A DNA stretch of 63,347 nt, filler included, from Kipferlia bialata (Eukaryota), in assembly GCA_003568945.1 (NCBI GenBank). It is 6 parts of 6 records of this genome, joined end to end, with 100 filler letters (N's around TTAATTAATTAA, not from the genome) between each part and the next. Parts side by side here need not be neighbours in the genome. Positions count along the whole stretch, not along the records: positions 10,089 to 27,200 come from BDIP01000544.1; positions 27,301 to 39,620 come from BDIP01000545.1; 4 more parts are not named here. One strand, written 5' to 3'. The notes under the pieces are model-generated. The model did not search any database and was not told the origin of the DNA. It saw only the letters and a list, made by a program, of their open reading frames with translations. A program made the translations under genes and the position numbers. Positions 13,601 through 27,376 of this stretch are shown here, in pieces. The stretch's first letter is position 1, and each line of letters starts with the position of its first letter.

Positions 13601-16600
13601 TGCTCCTCATTTACCTGGTCTCACCCTCTAGACCTGGGTGCAGAGTCCTTGTGTTTGACAGAGCGTACACACCTGCACTTGCTGCCATGGAGAAGTATGG
13701 GGTGGGTATCCTTTACGGTACTACTACTGTAGTCTGAGTACTGAATCGCCTTCCCCTCACTATGAACTTTGACTCAGAGTCTGAGTCCCTGCCCTCTCAC
13801 CCCAGGCAGATGCAGAGGTTCAGAAGAACGCAGCGTATGTTCTAGCTCTCACTCTCGGCCATGTAGGTATGGTATAGTGTCAATATACTCTAATCAATGT
13901 GATACCAGCTATTGCTGGAGTTTTCCTTCTCATTCGCAGGTGACGCTCGCACACTGCGCCAGGCCTGTATCGCCCTACTGAAGACGGGACAGAGACACAT
14001 GAAGAACCTGGAACTGCTGGAGATGGTCGGAAAGGCACTCGCAAAGCTCTGCTCTAGTGGTATGTGCACCCGTCAATGTCAAAATCAATTATGAGCGTCA
14101 ATATTACATTAATACTTACTGGTATTGAGTGTATCTGTATCGTGCTAACCCAGCTGCTGGCATGCAGGTACTAGGAGATGTCAAGGCCCACGAGACTGTG
14201 CTCCAGATGCTCAACAAGAACCCCGATGACCGCTCTATAGTGCTGTCCTGCCTCACAGTGCTGACCAACATGTCTCTGCCCACTTCAAACGGTATGTATA
14301 GTTCAAAATATATCCCATTGTCACCTCATGCTATTTTACTGATATGTATATGCTAACCCCTTAGCTCCTAGTGCCACCCAGGTCCTACTCTGCAAGGCAG
14401 GGGCAGTACAGGCGGCTATCAGGTATGGATAACTGGAATGGTAAATGGCAGGCATTGAGTTCTGTGTCTTGCGTTGTCACTCTCACCACTCTTCACTGTG
14501 GAGACAGACCAATTTGATGTAAGGTGTCTGAAGACATACTGGGAGGACGTCAGTGTTGTCAGGCAGAGCCTTGCTCTACTCATGAACATCACAGGGTCAG
14601 GTATTGTCTCTGGTGCCTACACAGCGTTATACTCACCAGACTCTATGGTGGTTTCCGTTTCCGTGTATGTCTCATACTACCCACTTACCAACCAGACGAG
14701 AACGAGGAGATGATGCTCAAGCTCAAGGTCCATGTGCACGCCTCCAACGCCCTCAAGAAGTACACATCAGATGACAAGGTCGCAGCGTCAGCCGTGGCCG
14801 TTATCAAGAACCTCAGTGCCACAAGTACGTATCCAACATCATATATATTATTCTAGATATATGGATATCTTTAATGATAGCATTGCATCCTCCCTACTCA
14901 CATCCAGCCACAGAGCGTGGTGTCCTAGTGCAGAAGGGCGGTGCCTTCAGTGGCCTCAAGGCGTGTATGGAGGGACACTCCAAGGACCCAATCACACTTG
15001 ACATTGTCCTGGCATGCATAGTCAACATGACTGTGGCAGGTGGATGTCCCATGTATACTAAGCTTTCCGTCTATATTAGCATATGTATTGTCTCACCCTA
15101 GTTGGCAACCACATCCCCCTCCTCAACAGTGGCCTGGCCCAACTGGTCCTGAAGGCCATGACAGACTACCCACACAATGAACCGATTGCAATCAGTGGGT
15201 GCTGGCTCCTGGCCAATACCTGCAGTGGAGGTTCGTAATATTGACACTATAGAAAGATTAGTATTACGTGCAGATTTGAGTGCAACTACTCACTCCAGAC
15301 CAGACTGCTATTGCAAGATGCATTGACCTAGGAGTAGTGAAGCAACTGATGGCTACCCTAAAGGATCACCCGGGGTCAGCTGTCATTGTCTACAGAGTCT
15401 TCAGTGCTCTCCAGAACATAGGCCTCCTGTCAGGTATTGCATCTATATCAATCAGATGTTAGTTCATCTACTAATTTAGGTACTGTACCCAAGATCCACG
15501 CAGTTCTCTTGGCCGCTGATGTCCATATCCATGCTGTGTCTGCTATGCAGAGGTTCATGAAGGTGGTCGATCCCCTTACCAACGCCGCACAGGTCATAAC
15601 ATGCATGTGTCAGAGTGACAGACTAGGTATGACTGCCTTACAAAGACATTACTTCCTCATTCGTGTCGTTTGTCATATCTCTCTCACTTTAGGTGAGCCT
15701 GTGATCAAGGCTGCCGTTGAGGCAGGGGTTCTCCCCCTTGCCTGCCAGGCTATAGAGCTCCACAAGCGCAACTTCCACACGTGGGGTGCATGTGGCAACA
15801 TCTTGACAATAGCAGCGCGCACAGGTACTCGCTGATCTGGTTGTTGCTACCAGTACATTATTATCATGACACCTGTTGACCTCTCATTCTCAGAGTGCAC
15901 CCAGCTGCCCTTCCTTGAGACCAATTGCCACACTGTACTGTCATCCCTCCTTGTGGAGCCTGCCTTCCGCCCATTCTGCATCCAGAGCTACAAGGGACTG
16001 CTCAGTGCCGCCATGAGTATTGACACGAAGGGTAAGTGCACACGTAGTACAATATGAATCATGTGTGTCTAGACACATTCACGGGCTGATTGCAGAGTCC
16101 CAGAAGCGGGGGATCCGGTGGGACAAGATGTTCGGCTACCTGCTGAAGTGGATGCCACGTGATGATGCGGATGCCGCATTCACCGTGCTCTCAGTGTTCA
16201 ACATGCATTACATGGGTAAGTGTCACTGTGTTGAGTAATATATGCGGTCAATGGATATCTCTTTGTCCGTCTTAAACTTGGTTGTGTTTTCTCGATAACC
16301 TGTTCACTCCAGAGATGGAACCTGCCACAATAGCAACCTTCTACACACTGGCTGTGGACTGCGCCCGTCAGTTCCATGTCAAGTACCCTATGATGGTTGC
16401 TAACATCGCCAATGTCTTCTTTGCCCAGTCTGCAGGTTATTGTGGTGTATGTATAATTCTGATGATACCCTGTCTGAGTTATAGTTATAAAAGGATATAT
16501 ACACAAGAACCCATTCTAATTCCAGACTTCCCAATGGGGAAAGAGTTCCAGGAGGCCGTTGTTAAGAGCCTTGATGTTATGGACAGCCGGCTCGCCGAGG

Positions 16601-19600
16601 ACATCCTTCTTGTGGTGTCAGGGGTCGTGGAGAGAGGTAACTCCTCATTTGATTTTGTTAAGCATTTCAATACTTACAGTCTATGATCAACAGATGTCTT
16701 GCCCCTCACATCCATTGTCTCTAACAGATCAGGTTCACTCACCAAGAAGCAGCAGCAGAAGTGTCACAATGAGTCCATCTTAGCCCTGCAACGCTACACG
16801 GACCAGCCCAAGCTATACGTGATAGTTAGCAGGATACTGCACCACATGCACATACGGGGTAAGTATGCATGAGTGAAGTGTCATCCATTCTCTTTAGACT
16901 GTATATGCGTATTGTGATAATTAACCTTTCATCCTCTCCTTAGGAATAATAATGAATATGCGAGTGTGTGATTACTAACCGTCAGACAAGGTCAAGCTCA
17001 GCGTGACCAAGGCCCAGGTGGACACTCTCACTGACACTGTGATGAAGATGGAGCACAGCAGCTTCAGTGTCAACCTAGCATCTGTGGTGGTCCTGCTTAG
17101 CCAGAGGCTCGGCATAGAGTGTAACATTGGTGTCATCAGGGTGGAGAGAGGGGAGGCAGCCCAGCCTGAGCCTGTGACCACACCTAAGCCGCAGTATCCG
17201 GTGGAGGAGCCTCCTGAGGTGGTCGTACAGACTCTTGAGGAGGCGGAGGTGGAAGTGCCTGTGGACACAGAGAGTGTTGTGACACCTCACCTAAAGGGTG
17301 CAGAGGAGGAGACACCCGTGGGTCGGGGCTGGGGGCTGCCGGCTAAGGGTCCCAAGGCTACCACCCAGGAGGCGTCCCCCATGGCAGCTGGATTTGGGGC
17401 TGCTCCAACGGCTCCCAGTGCCGCCTTCCAGTTTTCACCACCACCGAACGGTGAGAAGAAGACTTCTGGGCCAGAGGAGACTCAGAGAGAGGAAGAGCCT
17501 GGGGCTCCAGGCACTCCAGCAGTACCACCTGTCGCACCGGCTCCTGTGTCTCTACCATCTCCACCCACCAGAGAGCCAGAGGTCACACTTGAGTCCCCTC
17601 TGGATACAACAGTGACATGTGGGGATATGGAGGTAGAGAGTGACAGTGAGGCAGAGTATGAGGACGCCAAGAGTGTCCCTCCTCCAGCAGTGACGACTGA
17701 GGCTCAGGAACTCCCTGGCAAACAGAGTCTACCCACAGAGGGTGACAGACCTCCAGCTTCTCTGGTAGATACAGTTATACCGCCTCACACTGCACCTCTG
17801 GACCCACAGACCCAGACTCCCACACCACAGAGAGCACCCATAACCCAAGGTACATACTTGATATGATATTGGTTTCTCATATACCGCTCGCTTCCTCACA
17901 CGCAGACTACCGCAGTGAGATAGCCGTCCGTGCTCTCCAGTCCCACCCTGGGTGTCCTTATGTAGCAGCACTGGCGGCAGAAGCCTTTATGGGAGAGAGA
18001 CAGATAGGTATTGGTTTGCAGTTCTTTCTCTCTGTTTGCTAGTGTCTTTAGGTCGGAGTGGTTAATTTGTCTGACCTTTAGGTCCACTTCTCGGGTATGT
18101 GCCCGTAGAGCAGGTGCTTAACCTCTTGGCTGAGGGGTTGGCACACACAGACCCAGGCGCAGTTCAGACATCCATCACCAGGTGCATAGAGCACATCAAG
18201 GGGTCAGGTACTCTAAATCTCTATGTGAGACTGCTATGTATCGGACTGTGGGCATTCTCTCACCCTCAGTAGTATCAGTGAGCGACTCAGAGCCTAGTGT
18301 ACTCGCCGAGCACATCTGCACGTTGCTCTCTCAGGAGGTAGTCTCAAGTGACACCTTCCTGTGGGTGACAGAGGCCGTCCTGTCAAGAGCTGTTGATGGT
18401 GAGTGTTATAACTACTCAAGGAATATGTATGCTGGTAGTTGACTCGTTACGTTCTCACCCCAGACTCTAATGTCCGGGCTCTCTTTGTGGATGCTGGGAT
18501 ACACCTGGCCATTGCGAAGCATGAAGTGAGTCTGGCTATTACCAAGGATGCAGAGGCCAGTGGGTACAGAGACACACAGAGGACACTGGTCACACAGTGG
18601 CTGCGGGCCCTCTACTGTCTGGTGGAGTCTGGTGAGTATACATACAGTATATACTAATTCCATTATGTAGCGCCTGAATTACGAAGCAATTTGTTCCATC
18701 AACCCTCATTTGTTCAATAGTATGTTCCCTCTTACAGATAGACGAGGCCAGACTCCAGCTAGTGAATACTGGCAGATACAGCGTGGCAGTGGATGTACTG
18801 AGTGAGTATCCGTTGGAGGAGTCCTCTCTTGAGCTGCACACTGTAGCTGTTCAGCTACTAGACTGTCTCTCAGGTAGTGGCACGATTCTACACTGTATAC
18901 ATATCAAATCCCAACATAGAGTTCGTGTACTGATTCCCTCCTATCTGATACAGACGTTCCCCTTGATGGCGAGGAGCCTTCTACACTGCTCAAGAGCGTG
19001 CAAGAACCAGGCTGTGTGGAGTCCCTGTGCAAGTGCCTAGCTGCTTACCCCCACAGTGAGGATATCGTAGACAGCGCCCTTGGAGTGCTCTCCCAAATAG
19101 TGGAAGAAGGAGAAGGTTAGTAACTGTGACCTGACTCCACTCAATCTGCACTGATATTTCCTTCTAATTCCAGCCAGTGTCCTTCAGAGTGTGTTTGCCG
19201 CAGATGGCTGCACGGCCACCCTCTCTGCTCTAGCTGCCCATCCAGAGGCCGAGGGCTTACAACTCTCAGGGCTCTCAGTAGTTTCCGCACTTTGCAACGG
19301 AGGTACCAGTTCGAGCAGTGATTTCCATTCCAATTCTCACTCACTCCAGACACCCCTATGGTTACCACTCTGCTAGAGCAGCATGTGGCAGAGGGGATAC
19401 TGAATGTGCTAGAGTCACACACAGGCAACGCAGAGATTGCCTTACTCTGCATAGCTGCACTGACAGGACTCGTGCAAGGTGCGAGTTGATCATACTACTA
19501 TATTCCTTCTTCACGTCTATCTCACCTTCCAGTCGGCGATCCCGCTCTCTCTTCCCTGCTGAAGGCCTCCACTCAGCTGAGGGCCGTTAAGAAGAGACAC

Positions 19601-19654
19601 GCAAGGCACAGGGGGGTACAGAGGAGTCTCAAGGCCCTTGCAACCAAGATGTGA
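10689..19654 (+). CDS. Large armadillo (ARM)-repeat protein, more than 35 exons, with a Pro/Glu-rich disordered insert (16986-17849)
   Basis: Repeated ~42-aa helical units such as LNSAGAYTIVRTIKNLIGDAEVVANGLAAIHQL, VQKGGAFSGLKACMEGHSKDPITLDIVLACIVNM, IDLGVVKQLMATLKDHPGSAVIVYRVFSALQNI. Stop TGA 19652-19654. Start codon uncertain. Confidence 0.8.
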
Positions 19655-19787
19655 TTCTCATCACACACTACCAGACAACAATAGACAATATGTTGTGGAA
19701 TGATATATTCTCTTTGTTTATTGGTATGGTAGGGGACACAACAAGGACTCCACATCAATACCAATCCCCACACTCAACAACTCTGCA

Positions 19788-22700
19788 TCAATAGCGTAGT
19801 GCTTCGTTCTTCATCCACCCTGCTGGATCAATCATGTCTTCCATCATAGCCTTAGCTGGCATGAGGAGAGACTGACTACACATATACTCAACATGCAACT
19901 ATACAAAACCCACCTGGTATCGCAGGAGTAGTCGGACCCTGTGCCTTAGTGGGAGTGTCCCTCACCATAACTGGATGGAGGGGGCGCATTCCGAGCCGCA
20001 CAACGTGCTTATGTAGCTTCTACACATGAGACTAGTATACGTAAGTGTAAATATACTTGGAGTGTCTGAATGGACTTACCGCTGGGACGTGCTTCTTAAT
20101 GGCAGGGTGTACAGGTGCATCCACCGTATTCCTGGGGTCACAAAACGAGACTTGTTATATACACTATTATAGAGTCAATCTGCAATATCTAGAGTGTCAT
20201 ACCTCTTCATGAGGTTCAGAGACTGGGCAAGGAGAGTCATGCTCTCGTCAGATAAGGATATGGGTATGGGACGGGTACCAGCTGCAGCAGTCATTCCCTT
20301 GAGAATGGGCTTGGCTACCTCGGGGGGTACGCCACTCCTAAGCACAACAGATACATCCAACACACACGAGTTGTCACAGAGGTAGAAGTCGTGGATGAAG
20401 ACAGCAGCGACAACACCTGGGGTCAGGGTACGTGTATTGGGAGAGTATGATATCAAGGAAGACTCATGCAACTAAGTGTTCCACCTGAAGGTACTTTGAT
20501 GGGAAAGAGCCGAGAGCCAAACTGGAGATAGGCACTCATCATGTTGCCAAGGTGGAAACCAAGTGGGACAAGCGCTTTCTCTCCTCTCTCCCGAGCTTCC
20601 TTGCTCATTCCCAGAGACTCACTCGTTCTGCTCTGGTGTGAGGTTAATGAATCAGTCACATCACTAACATCTCTTCCATACAAGGCAATGGATTTCTGCT
20701 TGTATTACCTCGCCAGAGAGGCTCTTTGGCAGCTGTGTCTTCTTCTTCTCACTGTGTTGCTGAATAAGATAAGCCGTCATACAGTCACCATACGCAAAAA
20801 TTACCTGGAGTTAGGAGAACAACAGGGTATACGTAACTGTGTAGGTCTATAGTAACTGTGTGTACATACATCGGAATCCTCTAGGCTCTGACTCCCAGCA
20901 GGAATAGGTGTATCCTCCAGCTTGAGTGAGACTACACCCCCCGGGATGTGGGCAGGCACCGTGTAGGGGGCAGCCCGCACTGACACCAGGATGAGACGGC
21001 GCTTACGCGATATCTGGATCGACACTCCGTAGTGGCAGTGAACAGGAACAGGGGAGATGATAGTGGCTACAAGACGTTCACCAAGGTGGAGTGTGAATGT
21101 GTACACGTCGACACAGGTTGTAGAGGGGTTAGCCTTGGCGGTGCCAGCCTCTAGATACTGATCCATCTCACTGGGAAGAGAGTACATCTCCTCCACCACA
21201 GGTCTCAACACAGGCTGCATCCCTCTGTCTTGCACATAGCTGAGAATGAGTTGTCGAGCATCAGTCAAGTAAACACCAATATACAATAGGTCTCCCTACC
21301 TGTCAGGGATACTATCTGGTATGTCACACTCGCACTTGAGTATGCGGGACCCGTCCCCTGCTCTGACCCACTCCACAACAGGCTCAGTCAGGTCTACCCC
21401 TCTGTCACCCCCTATTGGTGCAGCTGTCATGACCCCAGAGATACCAGTTGACACACAACTAGACGGGATGTTCATCACTGGGCCTGGGGTGTGAGTATGT
21501 GAGTATTGACATTGTAGGGAAGAAGAGAGAATATAGAAGATCACCTGAAATAGGCCGCAGAGCCCCTGGGATTGCATATGCCTTCTCGTCCTCTCTAAGG
21601 GGCGACCAAGTGCTGAGATATATCTGAGCATGCATACTCTCCAAGGGCTCAAGGGTCTGCTGGACACCGTGAAGGGCTAGAGTAACCGCACTGCCGTCTT
21701 CACTTGATGCCAGAACCAGGCAGGACCCAAGAGTAGCTGCACCCCTAGAGGGACCTCCTAGTACCCTCCCCAGGACAGTAGGAGTGCTAAGTGCGAATAT
21801 GCCTGGCATGCGGTCGAGAGTTGACATTACCTCCAAGAACACCTTTGCAGACATTGAGACACCCTCTCCTCTCTTGAGAGCATCTGATGTGGGTAGCAGG
21901 CCGGGTGAGGAGAGGTCAATACGGGAGCACACTAGATGCCGGGGTATAATGGTGACACCCCCACAGATGGTACCAATATCGAGAGGACTATATCCCTCAG
22001 GGTCGGGGATAGCTGTGTCAACTCTGACGGATAGGCTGCCGGCTGACCTGTGGGGTGAGTAATAGAGGATAGTGCATGTCGTGGAAGGAGAGTATAGTAT
22101 CATAGTAATGTATTTGTTGCACTACCTGGTATCGATGCCATACTCAGTCAGACACGCTAGGAGGGGGGGTAGGATGTCACCATCCAGTTTCTGAACCATC
22201 TTGGTCAGACGGTGAGTTCCCTGTAATCAGCGAATATTGATAATATAGTCAATATAAATGTTGATATATAGTAGCTATTATCAGGAAATTGTACCATACC
22301 GTGCCGCATAGAGTCGCTAGGAGGTGTGGGAACGGACATGCAAGGTCCACTGGGTAGAGGGCGAGTAGGTGGGGACGGCCTCTCTTGAAGCTCTTCCCCC
22401 CGCAGGTACCAGTGCCATGGCAGTGTGTGAGTGTACCACCAAGCATCATGGGTGGGGTTGAGTCACCACTTGACTTGAGGGGGACACCGATATATTGCTG
22501 GCCTAGTAAGGTTAGGATACAAATCGTGTAGTTAGAGAGGAGAGAACTAGATGAAGTCGCAAACACTCACCCTCTATGCACCCCTCGAGCTCTGCAGTGA
22601 GGTACAGACCCCTGCGGCAGCCAACGGCTACCACTGCTGCAAAAGAGGCCATAGTTGGGACGATGTGACTGCTAGTGAGACTCAGAGCACAGAATTGACA

Positions 22701-25700
22701 TAGGATAAGTAGTCATTTACATGGTCCACATATGTTAATATGAAGAGATTAGTATCGTGCCCAATGAGGTGGTTGGGTGCATGGGGCAGGCACTTGTGAA
22801 GGATGCCCATGAGACATTGGTGCACGTGGCTCTATGGTTAGACAGAAATACAGCATGTGTATACGATAGACTAATCCAGAACACCCTCGAGTATCTTCTG
22901 CTAGTCTCCTTTCACGTTCAAATAGTTGTAGTTTCAAACACTGCTGTTGGGCTGGAGTGTTGGGTACGTATGGTATTGGCAATGTATAAGTACGCGATAC
23001 CTGCTGCTCCCCCTCCTCAAGGTCTATACATGGTGCTGGGGAGGGGGAAGGTGTGGAGGTGAACACAAGGTGGGTGTAGCTACCAGAGTCACTACCACCC
23101 ATAGTGTTCTGGCAGTTAGAGTGTGACAATCGTTTAACATGTTATTCATATGGGTAGGAGTATACTAATACTGAACCCACCTGTTGTCCTCTGCCAACTC
23201 TGTTGCACTTGTATGGCAGTACGGATGTTGCCATTATTGCAGACCCCCTGTCGATCTCTTGTTAGTAATCAATTAATCATAGGTATGCAGTCCTGATTAA
23301 TAATAGTAGGAGCTAGGTACTAAATACTAAATACAAATATTACCCTACCTCTTCCTCCTCACCCACACACCGCACACCAAGAACATGGGGGAGATCGCGG
23401 ACCCTGTGGGTAAGGGACACCACAAAAAACTGCAAATTGTGAAACGGCATGTATCGCTGACTATACCTGACCCCTGTCGCGTCCTGCAGGTACTCTCCCA
23501 CAGAGAGGAATGATGCTCTGTCGTTAACAACGGTATTGAAGAGCCTATGAGTATAATGATGATACAAAGTCTTGGAATAGGGTACCGAGAAACACAAACA
23601 TGATAATCATGAGCACAAGGGCGATGCAAGAATACATACACAAATTCTGATAGCACAGGAGTATCATGTTATCCAAAGGGAGACATGATGGAATAGCGTA
23701 ACCCGCACCTGACAACATACTATTCTATCTATATATACCTGATAATCATGAGCACAAGTGTGATGCATGACACCCCTGGGGTCCGTAGGAAGGCTGGTGT
23801 GAGAAGACGTGTTAGGTATGTGCCAAGAGTAAGTAATACATAGTGGGGGAATTTACACACCCGGTGCCACTGTCAGCAGCATCAGTATCATAATAATTGA
23901 AGACATATATGTACTAAGTGCTTGTACATACCAGGTGCCACTGTCAGTACGCTAAGGAGTCCCACGTAGTCTGCAATGTTGGAGCACTCAATGTGGTCAA
24001 AGAGGAAGGGTCGAGGGGAAGTGCCAGCTTTACACACAGGGTAGGAATGGGGTGTTGGTCCAAGAACTCTCTCTGAAGGGTAAGTATATATCAGAAGCAC
24101 ACACAAAACAAAGAGAAAGAGAAATAGATTTCGGTGGGGATTGTTACATACCTAAGAGAATCTGGATACAGTCTCCAAAGAGAAGGGTGAAGTCAGCGCG
24201 TCCACTCTCCATGGATGTGTAGAGAGAGCGCATCCAGTCCCGGAAGATGATCTATGAGTAAGCATTCAAAGATATGAAACTTCAATGAAACGATTATCCT
24301 GTCAATTTGGAGAAGAGTACATATGCACAGATACCACCTTGCCTTACACTTAGGGAAGGAGAAGAGTATGGAGAAGAGTATATATGACAGCAGATAGTAT
24401 AAATATCAGAATGTTACTTACCTTGCACTTGGGGAAGGGAGGCACCGTGCCGTTTACCCTGAGGTGAGATGAATTGAGAAAATCAGGTTGCAAACAATGA
24501 AACATATTCGTATAGACAGCTACATACCCCTCTCATGACATCCCCATCAGTGGCTGAATATATGTATATAACTATATATACTCTTTACCAATAGAACCTA
24601 GAACTACATACCCCTCTCCTGGCATACCCATCAGGGGCTGTGTGCCATACTGGACAGACCACAGGGGACAGTGGGTAGGGTCAGTGAGACAGGGCCTGGG
24701 GTCAGCCATATACCATAGAGGCATCAATATATAGATGCATTAACAGGCATAGTAGCATATACGCAGACACTGCGACAATATATATACTATGGCTCCATAC
24801 ACAAATACATACACAAACCTCAGGTCGCACCCCCTGTACATAGTGGGGTTGCACACAGAGGCACTGTCGGCTGGGCCGCTGAAGGATCCGTGGACAATGC
24901 AGTCTAGATGCCTGTGATGTGAGAACATATAAAGTATTGGATAGTATTGGATAGTGTTGTATAGTATTGGATAGTATTGGATTATGATTGACAGAGAGAA
25001 TATTCATATCCTGGTGGAAACCGAAATGGTGTTGCACTTACTTTTCCATTGACTCTGTGAATCGTGCCGTGGTATTGGTTCCACCATACACGGTCCTAGC
25101 CACCTACTGTCAGAATAGTATCCTTCAAAATCAGTATTGTTACACTATTTCCAATAACACGGTAGTGTATGCGACTTGATATCTGCTACTTCGATACCTT
25201 CCTCACAGCCTTCTCCAGGTCTGGTAGAGGATCATGGGAGACTGGTCGTGTGAAGATCTCTAGCTGCTCTGGAGTAAGAGAGCACACTGAAACATTATAC
25301 AATCTGGTACATACTGTGCTATACATGATATTGAGGGAGATAGTGTGAACCAGTATAGTTTCCTGAGAGATATGGAGGGAGAGAGAGAGTCCCTCATGTC
25401 ACCTGACGCAGGAGTATAGTACCGAGCAAATGAATATGGATATGTGTATACATATAGTATATATATATATAGTGTACAGATGGAGTGCCTTATACATATA
25501 TGATAATGTGGTCATATGATATATACCTGGCGCACTGGCACTGAATCCCTCTAGTCTCTTGTGGTGTCTGTCCAGTCTTAGTCTCTGACACCTCTTGGTG
25601 TAGTTGATGGGGTCCAACTGAAGATAAGGCAATTGAATATACTGGTACTAGCGTTATACAAACACTATTATAATTAAATACTATTGTATAATAGTAGTAG

Positions 25701-25903
25701 TGCCTCTTGGTGTAGTTGATGTGGTCAAGCTAGAGATGAGACCTTCAATAGAGGTACGTGGGAATACATATACACACACATATATGCTTTAGGTAGTTGG
25801 TGGGGGGGGTCCAGCGATATGTTAGGTACCTTGAAGGGATACATATACATTGAAGGGTATACTTGATATATGTATTGGTGTGTATATACAATATGGTACA
25901 CAT

Positions 25904-25938
<35 letters not shown>

Positions 25939-27035
25939 TGGTGTACCTGGGCCCAGAGGGTCAGGACGGACACGAGGGCATCTGGGGTCAAAGCATTTAT
26001 GAACCACATACACAGGGAGTATGAGTGCACCATATTCCCACTGGTGTTGTGTATCAAATACATCCTCCCCCCTTGAACCTGGTCCGACACAAAACATTTA
26101 CATGTGTGTCAATTGTAGTATTCAACTCCACCCTCGCCCCCTGTAGCTAATTCAAATATAGTGTATAGTATACTATGCATTGTGTATATATACCAATGTG
26201 GCCTCACCGGTAATATAATACATAAGTACTAATGTATATAGAATTATATGCAATGATAATAAATGAATATACATATATCGCCTGACCCCTTGTTGCTGGC
26301 CCAACACTGTATGCAGGGACAGATGGAACAGGGAGGGGGGCATGGTGTGTGTCAGAGACGTGCTCTCTCTCCCCCCCTCTCTCTCCTCTTGTGCTCCCAT
26401 ACTCCAATGCGTCTAACTCCCTGACAAGAACTCTACATGTACCCCTGAGTCTCTCTAGGTCACTGGGAGATAGATATGCCTCATGGTGAGATATAGGTAT
26501 ATATACATGTATATTAACCTGTGGCATAGTAGTGACATAGATACATGCCTCATAGTGGACCCTCCACAGATACTCCTCTGTCTCCCTATCCCACTTTCCA
26601 CTCTTATCCTTCTGTCTGTTCCACACAGTGTGTCCTATGACAAGTAGGCGGCCCATAACCTAGGGTTGGGAGATATGCTTCAATGGTCCAACACGTATAT
26701 ATAGTAAGTGGAGGATGTAGAGAAGGTGGGGTATATTAGCTGTGCTCATCCCCAAAACATATATATTATTACTATACAATGTACACACATATATTCTCAT
26801 GTAATACTATTACTATTGTAGCAATTGATTGGTATGTCTATATGTATACTCTCCCCATATGGTCTTTTACTCTCTCTCTCTCTCTCTCGCTGTATACACA
26901 CATATATATATACTATCTTGGTGAATATACTTATATATAGCCATCCGTGTAAGTGTATGTACCTCTGGCGAGTAGTCATTGAGACTGAAGCTGTACTGTC
27001 CGGTTGGGTCACGAAGGAGTGTCTCGTATACATGC
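19788..27035 (-). CDS. DUF4470-family protein (fungal DUF4470/MYND-type architecture), 5'-partial
   Basis: RHVYETL..FSLNDYSPE|VMGRLLV..LWRVHY (DUF4470-like N-domain), NPTM, FGDCIQ, FDHIECSNIADYVGLLSVL, VFIHDFYL..VLDVSV, VRLGMRPLH. Stop at 19788-19790. No MYND finger seen at the C-terminus. Confidence 0.65.
24933..24980. repeat. Intronic 10-bp tandem repeat (AGTATTGGAT) x about 5
   Basis: agtattggatagtattggatagtgttgtatagtattggatagtattgg. Confidence 0.8.
25904..25937. repeat. (ATCA)n microsatellite
   Basis: About 8 perfect ATCA units in an intron. Confidence 0.9.
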
Positions 27036-27143
27036 CTGGGTAAGCAAAGATAGGATAGAGAGAGAGAGACAGAACACATATATACAATACATGAGCTATG
27101 CAAGTGGAGATGGTCTGGAATATAACCGGAATGGATTGGAGAG

Positions 27144-27184
<41 letters not shown>

Positions 27185-27200
27185 GGGGGGGGGGGGGGGG

Positions 27201-27300
27201 NNNNNNNNNNNNNNNNNNNNNNNNNNNNNNNNNNNNNNNNNNNNTTAATTAATTAANNNNNNNNNNNNNNNNNNNNNNNNNNNNNNNNNNNNNNNNNNNN
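27201..27300. other. Artificial contig linker
   Basis: N-TTAATTAATTAA-N. Confidence 0.97.
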
Positions 27301-27376
27301 CCTTTTTTTTTTCTCCCCCCCCCCCCCCCCCCCCACCCCCTCACTTCCATTATTACTCTTTCTGACCCACACTCAG

